Positions 20,701 through 28,188 of a DNA stretch of 32,000 nucleotides are shown one piece after another; position 1 is the first letter of the stretch; each line of letters opens with the position of its first letter. The DNA comes from an archaeon (GTDB lineage: Archaea > Asgardarchaeota > Thorarchaeia > Thorarchaeales > Thorarchaeaceae). A model generated the notes under the pieces. It had not been told where the DNA came from. It saw nothing but the letters and a program-made list of their open reading frames with translations, and did not search any database. The stretch is from the NCBI GenBank assembly GCA_024275415.1, contig JAJRZD010000012.1:1-32000 (forward strand), given 5' to 3'. The position numbers and the translations under genes are program-made.

Positions 20701-22530
20701 GAAATCAGGTTCTGACCATGTGTCCCATAAGATCTTTGTAGTATCTTCGACTTCTTGAAGTGGGGAGTCACTAGACCCGGTGGATGTTGGCTCCGAGGCA
20801 GTCGGGCTCACGAACGATTCTAACTGTGGCCCTCCATGTCCAGAGAGTCCTCGGAAATAGTAAGGATTGCGTGTGAGCTCGATATATGAGCCTTGGACAT
20901 AATCAGAGATATAGTATGGCCCCGATGTCACCATACGTTCTGCCAGAGGATCGGGATCCCATGTATTCCACCCATCAGTCCCGATGTCCTTAAAGTAATG
21001 TTTGGGAATTATGGGCAACTCCGCAAACGACGAGAGATGCCAATATGACTCGGTGTCAAATTCCACTACGAGTTTGTAATCTTGGGGAGCATAGGCAGCA
21101 TATACTTCTTGCAGGTCTTCGTAGAATGGATTCCCGGAAGCCTCACGATAGTAGTTATATGAAAAGGCAATATCTTGAGCGGTAAGAGGGACTCCATCTA
21201 TCCATGTGGCATTTCGTACAATATTAAATGTAAACCGTGTATGGTTTACAGGAACCTCTGGGTTGTCAGCATGCGTTTCAGTGATATAGCTCTCACAAAG
21301 CCAGTTCATTAGATTACCATCAGGATCTCTACGCAGGAGTGGATCATAAAGCTCATTGAGAACATTCCTCGTATATTCACTGGAGGTGGTCATGAAGTTG
21401 AAGGTATCTACATCAAGCGGAGTACTCCAACGGAAGGTTCCCCCATATGGACCACCGGACTGACTTTGCAATCTGACTTTCTGATTAGTCCACCATGAAG
21501 GAATGCCTTTCACTGCGTCGTTGACATGTCCTTCAAATGCATCATTACGATAAGCAGAAACAATCTGGTTCTCATAACAAATGACCATCGGACTCTCATA
21601 TACCCAGATTCTTTGCATTTCAATTGCAGCCTCATAGACCTTATCGTAGTCAGTTGAGTGGAGCAGCTGGTCGCGCCATGCGTCATAGGAGGCATTCCTA
21701 AAGTTCGGGAAGTTGTAATATGGCTCATCAGCATATTCTGACCAGTACTCGTATGCCAGCCAGTCTACATCAAAATCAGGAAAGGTCATGCCCAAGAAGG
21801 CCATATCATAGTCATCATGGAAATAAAGTCGATTCACGTAGTCGTAGAAATCGGTAAGTATGGATGTCGCATTGACTGATATTGCAACTAGGGAGTCTGC
21901 TGCTTTCTGACCAATATTTATTGCAACACTCGATGATGATGCAACCTCAATTCGAACGTTAAAGTCTGAACCGTCGGGAGCTTCCCTGATGCCATCAGAA
22001 TCGATATCTAGGAACCCAGCTGCATCAAGTAGCTGATTCGCCTTTGCTAAATCAGCCGTGTAATAGTTATATGATAGTTGCCCTTCAATCGAAAACGGAT
22101 TGACTTGGGCAACTACACTGTCCTGCGGTACAGCCAGTCCATTCCATACATCAGTAGTGATTGCTTGTTTGTCCAGAGCAAAGGCAAATGCTCGTCTGAA
22201 AGAAGTTATATTGAATGGATATTTGGCCGTATTGATAGTGAGATAGCCATAACCATTTCGAAGATACGTTGATGTATCTATATCTGTAGCTGCAGACAGT
22301 GTATCTAGAAACACCGGGTCTACACTATCACCAATCAGATCAATCTCGTTGTCCAGAAGTGCAAGTACCTGCTGGTCATCTTGTGCAATCACTTTGAACA
22401 AGAGCGTGTCAACATACGGACCTGCACCATCATAGTATCCTGCGGCGCTGACACCGGGTAAGGTGCCCATGCCAGAACTCAGTATCATTACCAGTACAAA
22501 ACATATTGATACAATTACTTTACGTACCAA
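14794..22530 (-). CDS. 2578-aa cell-surface protein: signal peptide, family-5 solute-binding domain, S8 serine peptidase, PPC-like domains, Ig-like repeats and C-terminal TM anchor
   Basis: Sec-type signal (..VSA/A) and SBP_5 motifs. Catalytic residues: D751 (GHIDTG), H1023 (THGTATA), N1145 (SAGNEG) and S1247 (SGTSQSAP). PPC-like DSDIMVW...PEATSFTA..DGRLAIGIFNY, six Ig-like units, and a hydrophobic C-terminal helix followed by KSKR. TTG start. Confidence 0.92.
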   Translation of the reverse strand: MVRKVIVSICFVLVMILSSGMGTLPGVSAAGYYDGAGPYVDTLLFKVIAQDDQQVLALLDNEIDLIGDSVDPVFLDTLSAATDIDTSTYLRNGYGYLTINTAKYPFNITSFRRAFAFALDKQAITTDVWNGLAVPQDSVVAQVNPFSIEGQLSYNYYTADLAKANQLLDAAGFLDIDSDGIREAPDGSDFNVRIEVASSSSVAINIGQKAADSLVAISVNATSILTDFYDYVNRLYFHDDYDMAFLGMTFPDFDVDWLAYEYWSEYADEPYYNFPNFRNASYDAWRDQLLHSTDYDKVYEAAIEMQRIWVYESPMVICYENQIVSAYRNDAFEGHVNDAVKGIPSWWTNQKVRLQSQSGGPYGGTFRWSTPLDVDTFNFMTTSSEYTRNVLNELYDPLLRRDPDGNLMNWLCESYITETHADNPEVPVNHTRFTFNIVRNATWIDGVPLTAQDIAFSYNYYREASGNPFYEDLQEVYAAYAPQDYKLVVEFDTESYWHLSSFAELPIIPKHYFKDIGTDGWNTWDPDPLAERMVTSGPYYISDYVQGSYIELTRNPYYFRGLSGHGGPQLESFVSPTASEPTSTGSSDSPLQEVEDTTKILWDTWSEPDFRPDIDPLFETWLTDGTIDSSISLVDGNPGALIYSAPWADMETLDGLADIKWKMDFKAFKLVKVELPSAESLRKIIDLNGVTAIWADKLTSPRVDEFAKPDFDGTQSPEYSLDMSEIRAIVGSTGSVASGYTGEGVVVGHIDTGCDFGVPDLMDAYDNGTYDPTGLGLNPLVLANSSYVADPASWVANGNVLTYQNASGVYLNVTGWDPLLNNQGSSRYLIGDGNKTTPYVNRLGFIWLYAYYWGIDVGTMADDIWQDIKLPDTSELIGDYRVGFIFQQRNSPYMKAFAPALVYNSSTTNEWNLAIDWEGAEAWSWFWNGGFYYESVNLTDPADYQPILDLSDWDFTDDISVATYNYTNPIVAADLNGDGINDYSLGAISWLYDVYGWFADETVFNGFRSDGAAVSLYFDADTHGTATAAHVASRGNYQYYDPNNDSYFYMSGVANRSKILSIRSLSSGTEMGAYLWACGFDYNEQSGDFYYTGNHQADLVTNSWGWVVAPSSELDYLSLVWTILSTPGYLDPSYPGVLQVFSAGNEGSGFMTIGPPGSAAGVLTVGASTSYQYLEYLYGPGQDVEGIAPFSSKGPSFLGYSKPDVVAPGLAAYAPRPVYAPYLHQYWVGSKMDYGSQLNVSLFSGTSQSAPVAAGVAALVIESLNTRGVSWTPDRVKTIIQNTAKRLGYDPATEGFGRIDAQAACDFVENDVGLIAESTDSFDNLMSISEGAWASDIGSARSLLPTPFPTGNLPRGFAEGSLYFGQVVPGSVTTISQNIYGTASGTLITDTTGWTTSAYYWRKAESISFSATTFTYTDTVVPGAQMYGWYNIRDQIGTTTYDSLVSTYSYVTIGISFDNANISTYGAPWSFLYDWTDGSPNDGMPNLWNSTTAEGNELVRLASAYDPSNSNMMSYATNSGSLSAAMSGNLTLVVHDPAFDSDLAYVGNPFTCTVIFWEKVPTSILSATDGGVAATYIWQLDAPQDDAGIYQGYVEISDGATTLTVPWSFSIIGNLSANIGDENRIVSGFGNELTPYDSPVYGCMEGDVDDWDFRSYALFNPYPTVQYMGVRVVWDILGNNMSLDVLDANGTVLSSAVATTSNATVVMVSLPADPVGMYYLLVHPTELAGSVTLPVNYTINVMIYENIATPVPDPRYYSNWNMTPTPFTDNDVIDGDHIVVNVTFSPVGASNFPESEINTVKLELLSGILYQNSGTIVEPDAAYDPFSGYIDLTQLSWEFVDGIMKDDIVQITVDFTNGDSDIMVWWADTDNTTWSYSNNLVGSKMATAAKPEATSFTADRDGRLAIGIFNYDRTIGAQYTLTVDTRTGVEVNSAGRSAWYDTSNLGSSSTRDIIATAYTLSGSEYSGSWSNITFNNFFAPEVLVTSPNGGEVWTTSHSITWTTTSQNSDSQPLHDVYVSNDGGVSFMLVASGISDSNLVWNTSDWQYMDTYLVRVVAVDRGMTDEDRSDAVFTAGGASPPSQPPVIWGIDSYEYVYLSMGHNLTWIAGSLYPSVLEMWVDDVRTTHQVWSDLSNKTTISIDGLFLGIHNYTLYAEDAYGNSASFTTLVTVTYQAPTIDSPADISYPEGATGNQIVWNPDAMFPSNYTLYRNGVIVDMGPWDGSSITVNVDGLSVGTYNYTLVVNDTIGNSDRDTVMVSVEDITPPVVTGSTDITFEFGESGHEINWTLTDSYPATYEVLLNGSRITTGVWNASGEVFYLSLDSLDVGVYNYTLVAYDGTGNAGSHSVIVSVFGDVDAPVVDEPTDTSFNEGETGPTLVWSATDMNPNLLTLYRNGTVLANFTWESPLTFSYSVGELAFGTYNFTLVLSDSYGNTVVSTVWVDVLDVTPPTVNSPADMSYVEGTTGNTITWTTTDLNPSNYVVLQNGTPYTTGKLDSTSDEIVVDVDGLEVGTYNFTVVVYDKSGNTVSDSVLVTVTPTGTDTTLPPPVDGPLVITIVITIGSIIVIIVVIILFIKSKR
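14920..16290 (-). repeat. Five tandem ~90-aa Ig-like (P.I..P.D....G.....I.W...G.YNYTL...D..GN...D.V.V.V) repeats
   Basis: Units begin QPPVIWG, QAPTIDSPAD, ITPPVVTGSTD, DAPVVDEPTD and VTPPTVNSPAD at about 270-nt spacing. They are diverged at the nucleotide level. An SPNGGE-type Ig domain precedes them at about 16305-16600. Confidence 0.85.
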
Positions 22531-22796
22531 ACCGAACCCCTCGTCTATTTGAGTTTTTCATATTTAGACTATGTGCAGAAAGTCAACCAGTAATTTCTAT
22601 TTGGACTTAGTACGAGCGATTGCACATTAGAACGCAAACACCTCAACCCTTTACCACCATCGATTTTATGATATTCGATTGGACTTTCCACACGAGCCCT
22701 CATGCTTGAATGTAGATAAACCCTTCGCCTTTTTTGCTATGCACATTTTCTATTTCTATCGATATACATAACTATGATGAATGGGATTATCCAGCT

Positions 22797-24233
22797 ATGC
22801 AGAAATATGACTTACTGGTCTTGGGATCTGGTGCAGGAGCGAGTATTGCAGCCAATGCGTATCAGCAGGGCCTTTCTGTCGCGATTGTTGATAACGGACG
22901 GTTTGGTGGCACCTGTCTAAACAGAGGGTGCATCCCCACGAAAATCCTCACATACGTCGCTGATGTGATAATGGAGATCGAGCATGCTGAAAGAGTGAAT
23001 CTTCGTGCTAGCGTACAAGAGGTGGATTTTAGAGCGCTGATGGAGCGGATGAGGAAAGAAACATGGGGTGAAGCTGCTGAGATGGAACATTCCATCGCGC
23101 AGGTCGAGAACTATGATTTTTACAAAGGGACTGGCGAATTCATCAGTGATTACACGATGGAAGTGAATGGTGAGGAGTTGAGGGCGGATCATGTGGTCAT
23201 CGCCGCTGGGGCTAGGCCATTCATCCCGGACATCCATGGAATAAATGAGGTACACTACCTGACAAACAAGACGGTTCTCGAACTTGACGAAAGGCCAGAG
23301 TCTATGATAATTGTTGGCGGAGGATACATGGCAACTGAGCTTGCACACTTCTTTTCGGCAGTAGGTACGGATGTGACGATTCTAGGGAGGAACCCCTATC
23401 TTGTCAAGAACGAGGACACTGATGTTTCTGAACTCCTGAAAGAAGAGCTGTCAAAAAGGATGACTGTCCTGACGAACCATGAGGTCGTTTCTGCTAGCCA
23501 AGATAGCGAGACAAAGAAGGTTGTAGCAAAGGATAGAGATACTGGAAAGGAACGGAAATTCGAGGCTGAAGTGCTTCTGGTGGCAGCAGGACGAATATCC
23601 AATGCAGACCTCTTCAAACCAAAAAAGACAGGAGTGAAGGTTGACAAGCGCGGGTGGGTGATTGTGGACGAGTATTTCAGGACGACAAAGAAGAACATCT
23701 GGGCGTTTGGTGATGCAATTGGAAGATACCAATTCAGACATGTCGCCAATGAGGAGTCCTCAATTGCATGGTACAATTTTGTAAGCAGCCTCAACGCCCA
23801 ACATCAGGGTGAGAAACCCGAACTCCGTTCAATGTCATATCATGCCATTCCAAGAGCAGTGTTCTCCTATCCTACAATTGCTACTGTGGGAATGACACTG
23901 GCCGAGGCCAAGGGGTCAAAGAGAGAGCTGCTTGTGGGGCAAATAGGATACGATGGCGCAGCAAAGGGAGCAGCAATGGGATATCCACCGGGTTTCCTGA
24001 GAGTCATTATTGATGCTAATGAAGGAACCATTCTTGGAGCGACCATCATTGGACCTCACGCGCCCATCCTGATCCAGGAGATTGTCAACCTGATGTACAC
24101 ACAGGATAGGACATACTTTCCCATGTTCGAGGCGATCCACATCCATCCAGCACTTTCAGAACTTGTGCAACGAGCTTTTGGTAGGATGGCCCCACTAAAC
24201 GGGGGTCACACACAGTCACTAGACCAAAGATGA
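22797..24233 (+). CDS. Class-I pyridine nucleotide-disulfide oxidoreductase (dihydrolipoamide dehydrogenase / mycothione reductase-like)
   Basis: LGSGAGA FAD motif, GGTCLNRGCIPTK redox disulfide, VGGGYMATE NAD(P) motif, and the HIHPALSE His-Glu pair. ATG 22797 preferred over the track start. Confidence 0.92.
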   Translation: MQKYDLLVLGSGAGASIAANAYQQGLSVAIVDNGRFGGTCLNRGCIPTKILTYVADVIMEIEHAERVNLRASVQEVDFRALMERMRKETWGEAAEMEHSIAQVENYDFYKGTGEFISDYTMEVNGEELRADHVVIAAGARPFIPDIHGINEVHYLTNKTVLELDERPESMIIVGGGYMATELAHFFSAVGTDVTILGRNPYLVKNEDTDVSELLKEELSKRMTVLTNHEVVSASQDSETKKVVAKDRDTGKERKFEAEVLLVAAGRISNADLFKPKKTGVKVDKRGWVIVDEYFRTTKKNIWAFGDAIGRYQFRHVANEESSIAWYNFVSSLNAQHQGEKPELRSMSYHAIPRAVFSYPTIATVGMTLAEAKGSKRELLVGQIGYDGAAKGAAMGYPPGFLRVIIDANEGTILGATIIGPHAPILIQEIVNLMYTQDRTYFPMFEAIHIHPALSELVQRAFGRMAPLNGGHTQSLDQR

Positions 24234-24273
24234 AACGACAATCTGAAACATACGCTGGTAATGGATCCTAACG

Positions 24274-24612
24274 TTACCACACCATAGGGACATAACCTTC
24301 CTTCAACAGGTCGGCGATTCGGGTTCCTACGTAATCAACCGTGACCCCAAGTTCTTCAATCTGGGGAGAAATTTCATCCCTATCGGCGATGAACTTGCAG
24401 GCTATGGGCTCAACAACGTCAGCAAGGATTTGTGCCTCGTGACTAACGGCTTCATCCGAAACAAGCAGATTTTCTGCAGGTCCAAAAAACATCACTTTGA
24501 CATCCTCAAGCCAGCCGAATTTCACCGTGTTGCGCGCATACATTAATGCTGTAAGAACCTTCTCTCTGTCACTCGATGCAATGATGACCAGTAGTTTCTG
24601 ATTTCCAACCAT
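24274..24612 (-). CDS. DsrE/DsrF-like family protein
   Basis: KLLVIIAS.DREK...ALMYA.N...FGWLEDVKVMFFGPAE...IACKFIAD...GTRIADLLKEGYVPMVW pattern. ATG 24612 or TTG 24630. Confidence 0.8.
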   Translation of the reverse strand: MVGNQKLLVIIASSDREKVLTALMYARNTVKFGWLEDVKVMFFGPAENLLVSDEAVSHEAQILADVVEPIACKFIADRDEISPQIEELGVTVDYVGTRIADLLKEGYVPMVW

Positions 24613-24873
24613 GGTAAGTCTGGCATCCAAACACAGGCGAAAAGATAAAGCCTTGGAAGCGGGTCAGCAGCCAAATAAGGAAATCGGGGTCTTTACGGGT
24701 AATGAGGGCGTTGCAAATAGAACTCGACATGCATATTAGGAAATCCAGCGGACTCGACAATCATCCATGTGTACTGAAGTATAGCATCTGGTTTCAAGAC
24801 GAATGCACAGCCTGTTTGATTTCATTTTCAACATGTTTTTGTTGGTTCACGAGGAATACGTCGTAGAAATATA

Positions 24874-25605
24874 ATGGGCGGTCATGGAGAAAACGACTCG
24901 GATAATAAGGACTCATCACTGGCTAGTGCGATTCCCGCGAATGTCAAAGTGAAGAAAGAACCCTCAAAGCAAAAAACAGAAGGCAAGAAACAGAAGCGCA
25001 AGATCAGTTCGAAGAGGCTATACAGGCTCATATTGGAGTCACCGGAGTACGAGATTTACGGGGTGCCGAGTGGAGTAGGTCATCGGCAGATAATCTGCGG
25101 TATTGTGTCATCCATGTCCCTCGGATTCATCGGGTTGGTACTGCTGGGGCAATTTATCCAGCAAGGGAATGACACTCTCCTCATAGGAGGAGTCCTTCTT
25201 TCAGCGATCCTGCTTGGATTCACTGTAGGCATTCTCCTTCTATCACTTGTGCTTGATAGTCGTTCCTTCGACAAGCTAACCGTGAACGAACTTGGACTTG
25301 GAAAGGAGTATCGTGGGAGGGGATTAAAGGGCCAGCCAACAAGAGTGTTAGGACATCGTGCTCTTAGGTGGGTGGACATTGACCAGATCGAGATGATTAG
25401 AAAAGGTGGCAGGGTCGATGCGTTCGTCGTGAAAGGAGGTTCACGCGAGGTGACATTCTATAGGAGACTTCTTTGTCGCGGTTTTCCGATGCGCCTCTTT
25501 AGAGAACACATCCCCGACTTCGAACTTTGGAAAGTCACCTGTGAACCAAAGCGCACCTATCCCTACAGATACCAGCGCCCAACCGAAGGTCAGAATTCCA
25601 ATTGA
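24874..25605 (+). CDS. Hypothetical membrane protein (Lys-rich N-terminus, two TM helices, soluble C-terminal domain)
   Basis: 243-aa ORF with hydrophobic stretches IICGIVSSMSLGFIGLVLLG and LLIGGVLLSAILLGFTVGILLLSLVL. No family recognised. Confidence 0.7.
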   Translation: MGGHGENDSDNKDSSLASAIPANVKVKKEPSKQKTEGKKQKRKISSKRLYRLILESPEYEIYGVPSGVGHRQIICGIVSSMSLGFIGLVLLGQFIQQGNDTLLIGGVLLSAILLGFTVGILLLSLVLDSRSFDKLTVNELGLGKEYRGRGLKGQPTRVLGHRALRWVDIDQIEMIRKGGRVDAFVVKGGSREVTFYRRLLCRGFPMRLFREHIPDFELWKVTCEPKRTYPYRYQRPTEGQNSN

Positions 25606-25666
25606 CTCGTACAGCTAAGGTCACAACACTGAATAGCAGGGAGCGGTCTTTTGGCAACGACATATT

Positions 25667-26662
25667 ATGGTGAAATGCTTTGTTACAGGAGGCAACGGGT
25701 TCGTCGGATCACACATCGTAAGACAGCTAGCTGAAAAAGGTCATGACTTGACCTTGCTCTTGCGGGGAAACTCGAACACTGATCTGATAGAAGGTGTGGA
25801 ATTCAGAAGAACCATTGGCGATGTGACGGATCTTGCCAGCCTCGAGAATGCAATCCCCGACGACTGTGAATGGCTGTTCCATAATGCTGCAATAATGTCC
25901 GAATGGGGGTCGCGGGACCATTTCTACCCGGTGAATGTTGAAGGGACTCGTAACATCCTTGAAATTATGCAGCGAAAAGATATCCCTTATCTGATCCACA
26001 CATCATCAACAGCGGTCTATGGGTTTCCCGACAGCAAAGATCCTGTAACTGAAGAAAGGGAATGGAACCCACCGGGCAACTATCAAAAATCCAAGACTGA
26101 AGCGGAAGCACTCATTTTGGAATACGAACAGACCTATGGGATAAAAGCCACGCGAGTACGTCCCCCGACTGTGCTAGGACATGGCGACCTGTATACTGGA
26201 CCTCAATTCATCGAGCGAGTGAAGCAGGGGTCAATGGCCGTGTTCGGGAAAGGGGATGCCCTCCAAAGCTATGTACACGGAAGCGATGTTGGTAAATGCA
26301 TCGTTCTGGCAGCAGAGAACCACGATAAATCTATGGGAAACGCATACAATGTAGTATCCTTTATAGCTACTTTCCGAGAGTTCTTGGAGCAGCTCGCAGA
26401 GGAACTCGACGCGCCAAAGAAATTCAGGAGCATTCCCTACGGGGTCGCAGTGGGGATTGGGAAAATCGCCTCTGCGGTGTACAGCGCGTTTCGCAGGAAG
26501 AACCCTCCGGTGCTTACGGACTTCCTCCCAAGAATGTTCGGCTCAGATTATGTGATCAGCAATCAGAAGGCACGGGATGAACTTGGGTTTGTCCCCGACT
26601 GGGATCTTGATTCAACAGTGAAAGACATGGTCGCGTGGGGAGGTTACGTGAAACCACGATGA
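25667..26662 (+). CDS. NAD-dependent epimerase/dehydratase (extended SDR, 3-beta-HSD/DFR-like)
   Basis: VTGGNGFVG, FHNAA, VNVEGTRN, HTSSTAVYG and the YQKSK catalytic YxxxK. Confidence 0.92.
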   Translation: MVKCFVTGGNGFVGSHIVRQLAEKGHDLTLLLRGNSNTDLIEGVEFRRTIGDVTDLASLENAIPDDCEWLFHNAAIMSEWGSRDHFYPVNVEGTRNILEIMQRKDIPYLIHTSSTAVYGFPDSKDPVTEEREWNPPGNYQKSKTEAEALILEYEQTYGIKATRVRPPTVLGHGDLYTGPQFIERVKQGSMAVFGKGDALQSYVHGSDVGKCIVLAAENHDKSMGNAYNVVSFIATFREFLEQLAEELDAPKKFRSIPYGVAVGIGKIASAVYSAFRRKNPPVLTDFLPRMFGSDYVISNQKARDELGFVPDWDLDSTVKDMVAWGGYVKPR

Positions 26663-26708
26663 CCAAAGAAGAGAAAAGACAGCGTTGCAGTATTCTTTGT
26701 GCTGTATC

Positions 26709-27560
26709 ATGGAAATATTGAAACATGACGAGTCTGATGCGGAAAGCCTAATCCAGAAAATCTCTTCAAGAATCCAGAGTATTCTCAATGATGGCACTCC
26801 GTTCTTCCTGTTTGTTCAGGACGCACGGGTAGAAGGCCTATTGGTCATTAGACATGAACCTACATACCTGCTGGCTGAGGCAGGAGCAGCATATGGTAGC
26901 GTCGTCTGTTTCGTTGAGGATACAGAGTCGCTCCGAAAGGTGCTGGATGCCTCAGTTAAACTGATGGATGATAGGAACCTGTCATATCTAATCCATTCAA
27001 AACAAAAGTTTACCACAGAGGAACGAACTTCTCTTGAAGAGCATGGACTGAAACTGATGGATCACTCGTATGAGATGTCCGTCGATATACACGAGTTCCT
27101 AGAAATTCCAGAGGGACTCGTCCTGCGACCAATGCGAATAGAAGAACGCGATAGGTTCCTGAGAGTCGAGGAGGAGTTCTTTGAAGGGTCAGGTGATAGG
27201 CTGTCGTCATTGATGATACATAACATCAGGACACTCTCCCAAGAAACACTAGACATCATTTACAATGAAGATACATCATACTATGTGTTTGAGGGTGAAT
27301 TGTTAGTGGGGATTGTCGTCGTTTTTGTCGACAACGGAGGGATAGCATCTATTGCCGTAGAGCCAAACCTGAGGGGGAAAGGGTATGGAAGAAAGATCCT
27401 CGCCATGGCATTGAATAGGCTAAAGGAACTTGGTTGGGAACGGGCTTGGCTTCGAGTCGACGCAGAGAATGCACCAGCAATCGCGATATATGACGCTCTA
27501 GGATTCGTGAAGACAAACGAAAGGTTTGCCTTCATCCGGTTCGGGCAGCCAGTTCCTTGA
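26709..27560 (+). CDS. GNAT-family N-acetyltransferase
   Basis: C-terminal IASIAVEPNLRGKGYGRKIL (motif A) and LRVDAENAPAIAIYDALGF (motif B). ATG 26709 preferred. Confidence 0.88.
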   Translation: MEILKHDESDAESLIQKISSRIQSILNDGTPFFLFVQDARVEGLLVIRHEPTYLLAEAGAAYGSVVCFVEDTESLRKVLDASVKLMDDRNLSYLIHSKQKFTTEERTSLEEHGLKLMDHSYEMSVDIHEFLEIPEGLVLRPMRIEERDRFLRVEEEFFEGSGDRLSSLMIHNIRTLSQETLDIIYNEDTSYYVFEGELLVGIVVVFVDNGGIASIAVEPNLRGKGYGRKILAMALNRLKELGWERAWLRVDAENAPAIAIYDALGFVKTNERFAFIRFGQPVP

Positions 27561-27820
27561 GTACATAATGACCTATTGCTGTGCCGATTGGGCACTTTCA
27601 TAAGTGTCTGTATGATGTTATTTAGTGGCGGTATCAATGAGGCATTAGGTCTAATTCGGAGCTTTGGCAATGAAGAATCGGTGAGCAGCTGAGATCCGCC
27701 ACTATCCAGATACCATTTTGTATGCTTCCCTTGTTGGGATTGGCAGTATCCTGTGTGCTCAAAAAAGTGCATTTACTTACATTTATAAGCAAATAATTTA
27801 ACCATATTTAAGGAAAAAAT

Positions 27821-28001
27821 GGATATGAGAACGGTTGACGTTCTATCCGTCCCTGAAATGGGGCGGCTGTGAATGACTCGAACCAGACAGAAACCAATCC
27901 GACCTTTTTTCCAGCAATCTGTCTGGTGCAGTGGTGAAATAAAATGAAAAAAGACAACAAATTAGTAGATTCCCCAGTTGTAGACAAAGTGTCTGACAAC
28001 T
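27821..28001 (+). other. Cluster of four hairpins downstream of an AT-rich promoter-like patch in a convergent intergenic region (candidate ncRNA)
   Basis: Hairpins at 27828-27844, 27847-27866, 27882-27927 (10-bp perfect inverted repeat) and 27976-28001. No known RNA family recognised. Confidence 0.25.
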
Positions 28002-28188
28002 ACAACACTAGAGTGAACAGGATAGCTTTTGATCCGCTTCCAGAACACATCCATCTAGTGACAGCAAATATCAAGTAATAATCTGGAGTCGCCAAACTGG
28101 TAGAAATGGCATGATTAAATCATACGCCATCGCCTACCTACATTTGGCCTGACACCAGTGTCTGGTCAGCCCGACCGGACCAACGAAA

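Noticed and set aside
22531-22796. Divergent promoter region between the giant gene and the oxidoreductase
   Set aside because: AT-rich, but no convincing inverted or direct repeat or single TATA box could be assigned.
22797-24612. Disulfide oxidoreductase plus DsrE as a sulfur-relay module
   Set aside because: The genes are convergent, with no TusA, rhodanese, lipoate-binding or Hdr-like genes in the window; adjacency alone is insufficient.
27860-27885. GGTTCGAGTC on the minus strand, resembling a tRNA T-loop
   Set aside because: The flanks do not form a T-stem, and no acceptor, D or anticodon arms can be built.
27819-27947. In-frame TGA-ATG joining two micro-ORFs (selenocysteine readthrough?)
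   Set aside because: No redox motif (such as UxxC), no similarity to known selenoproteins, and no AUGA/GA SECIS core in the downstream hairpins.
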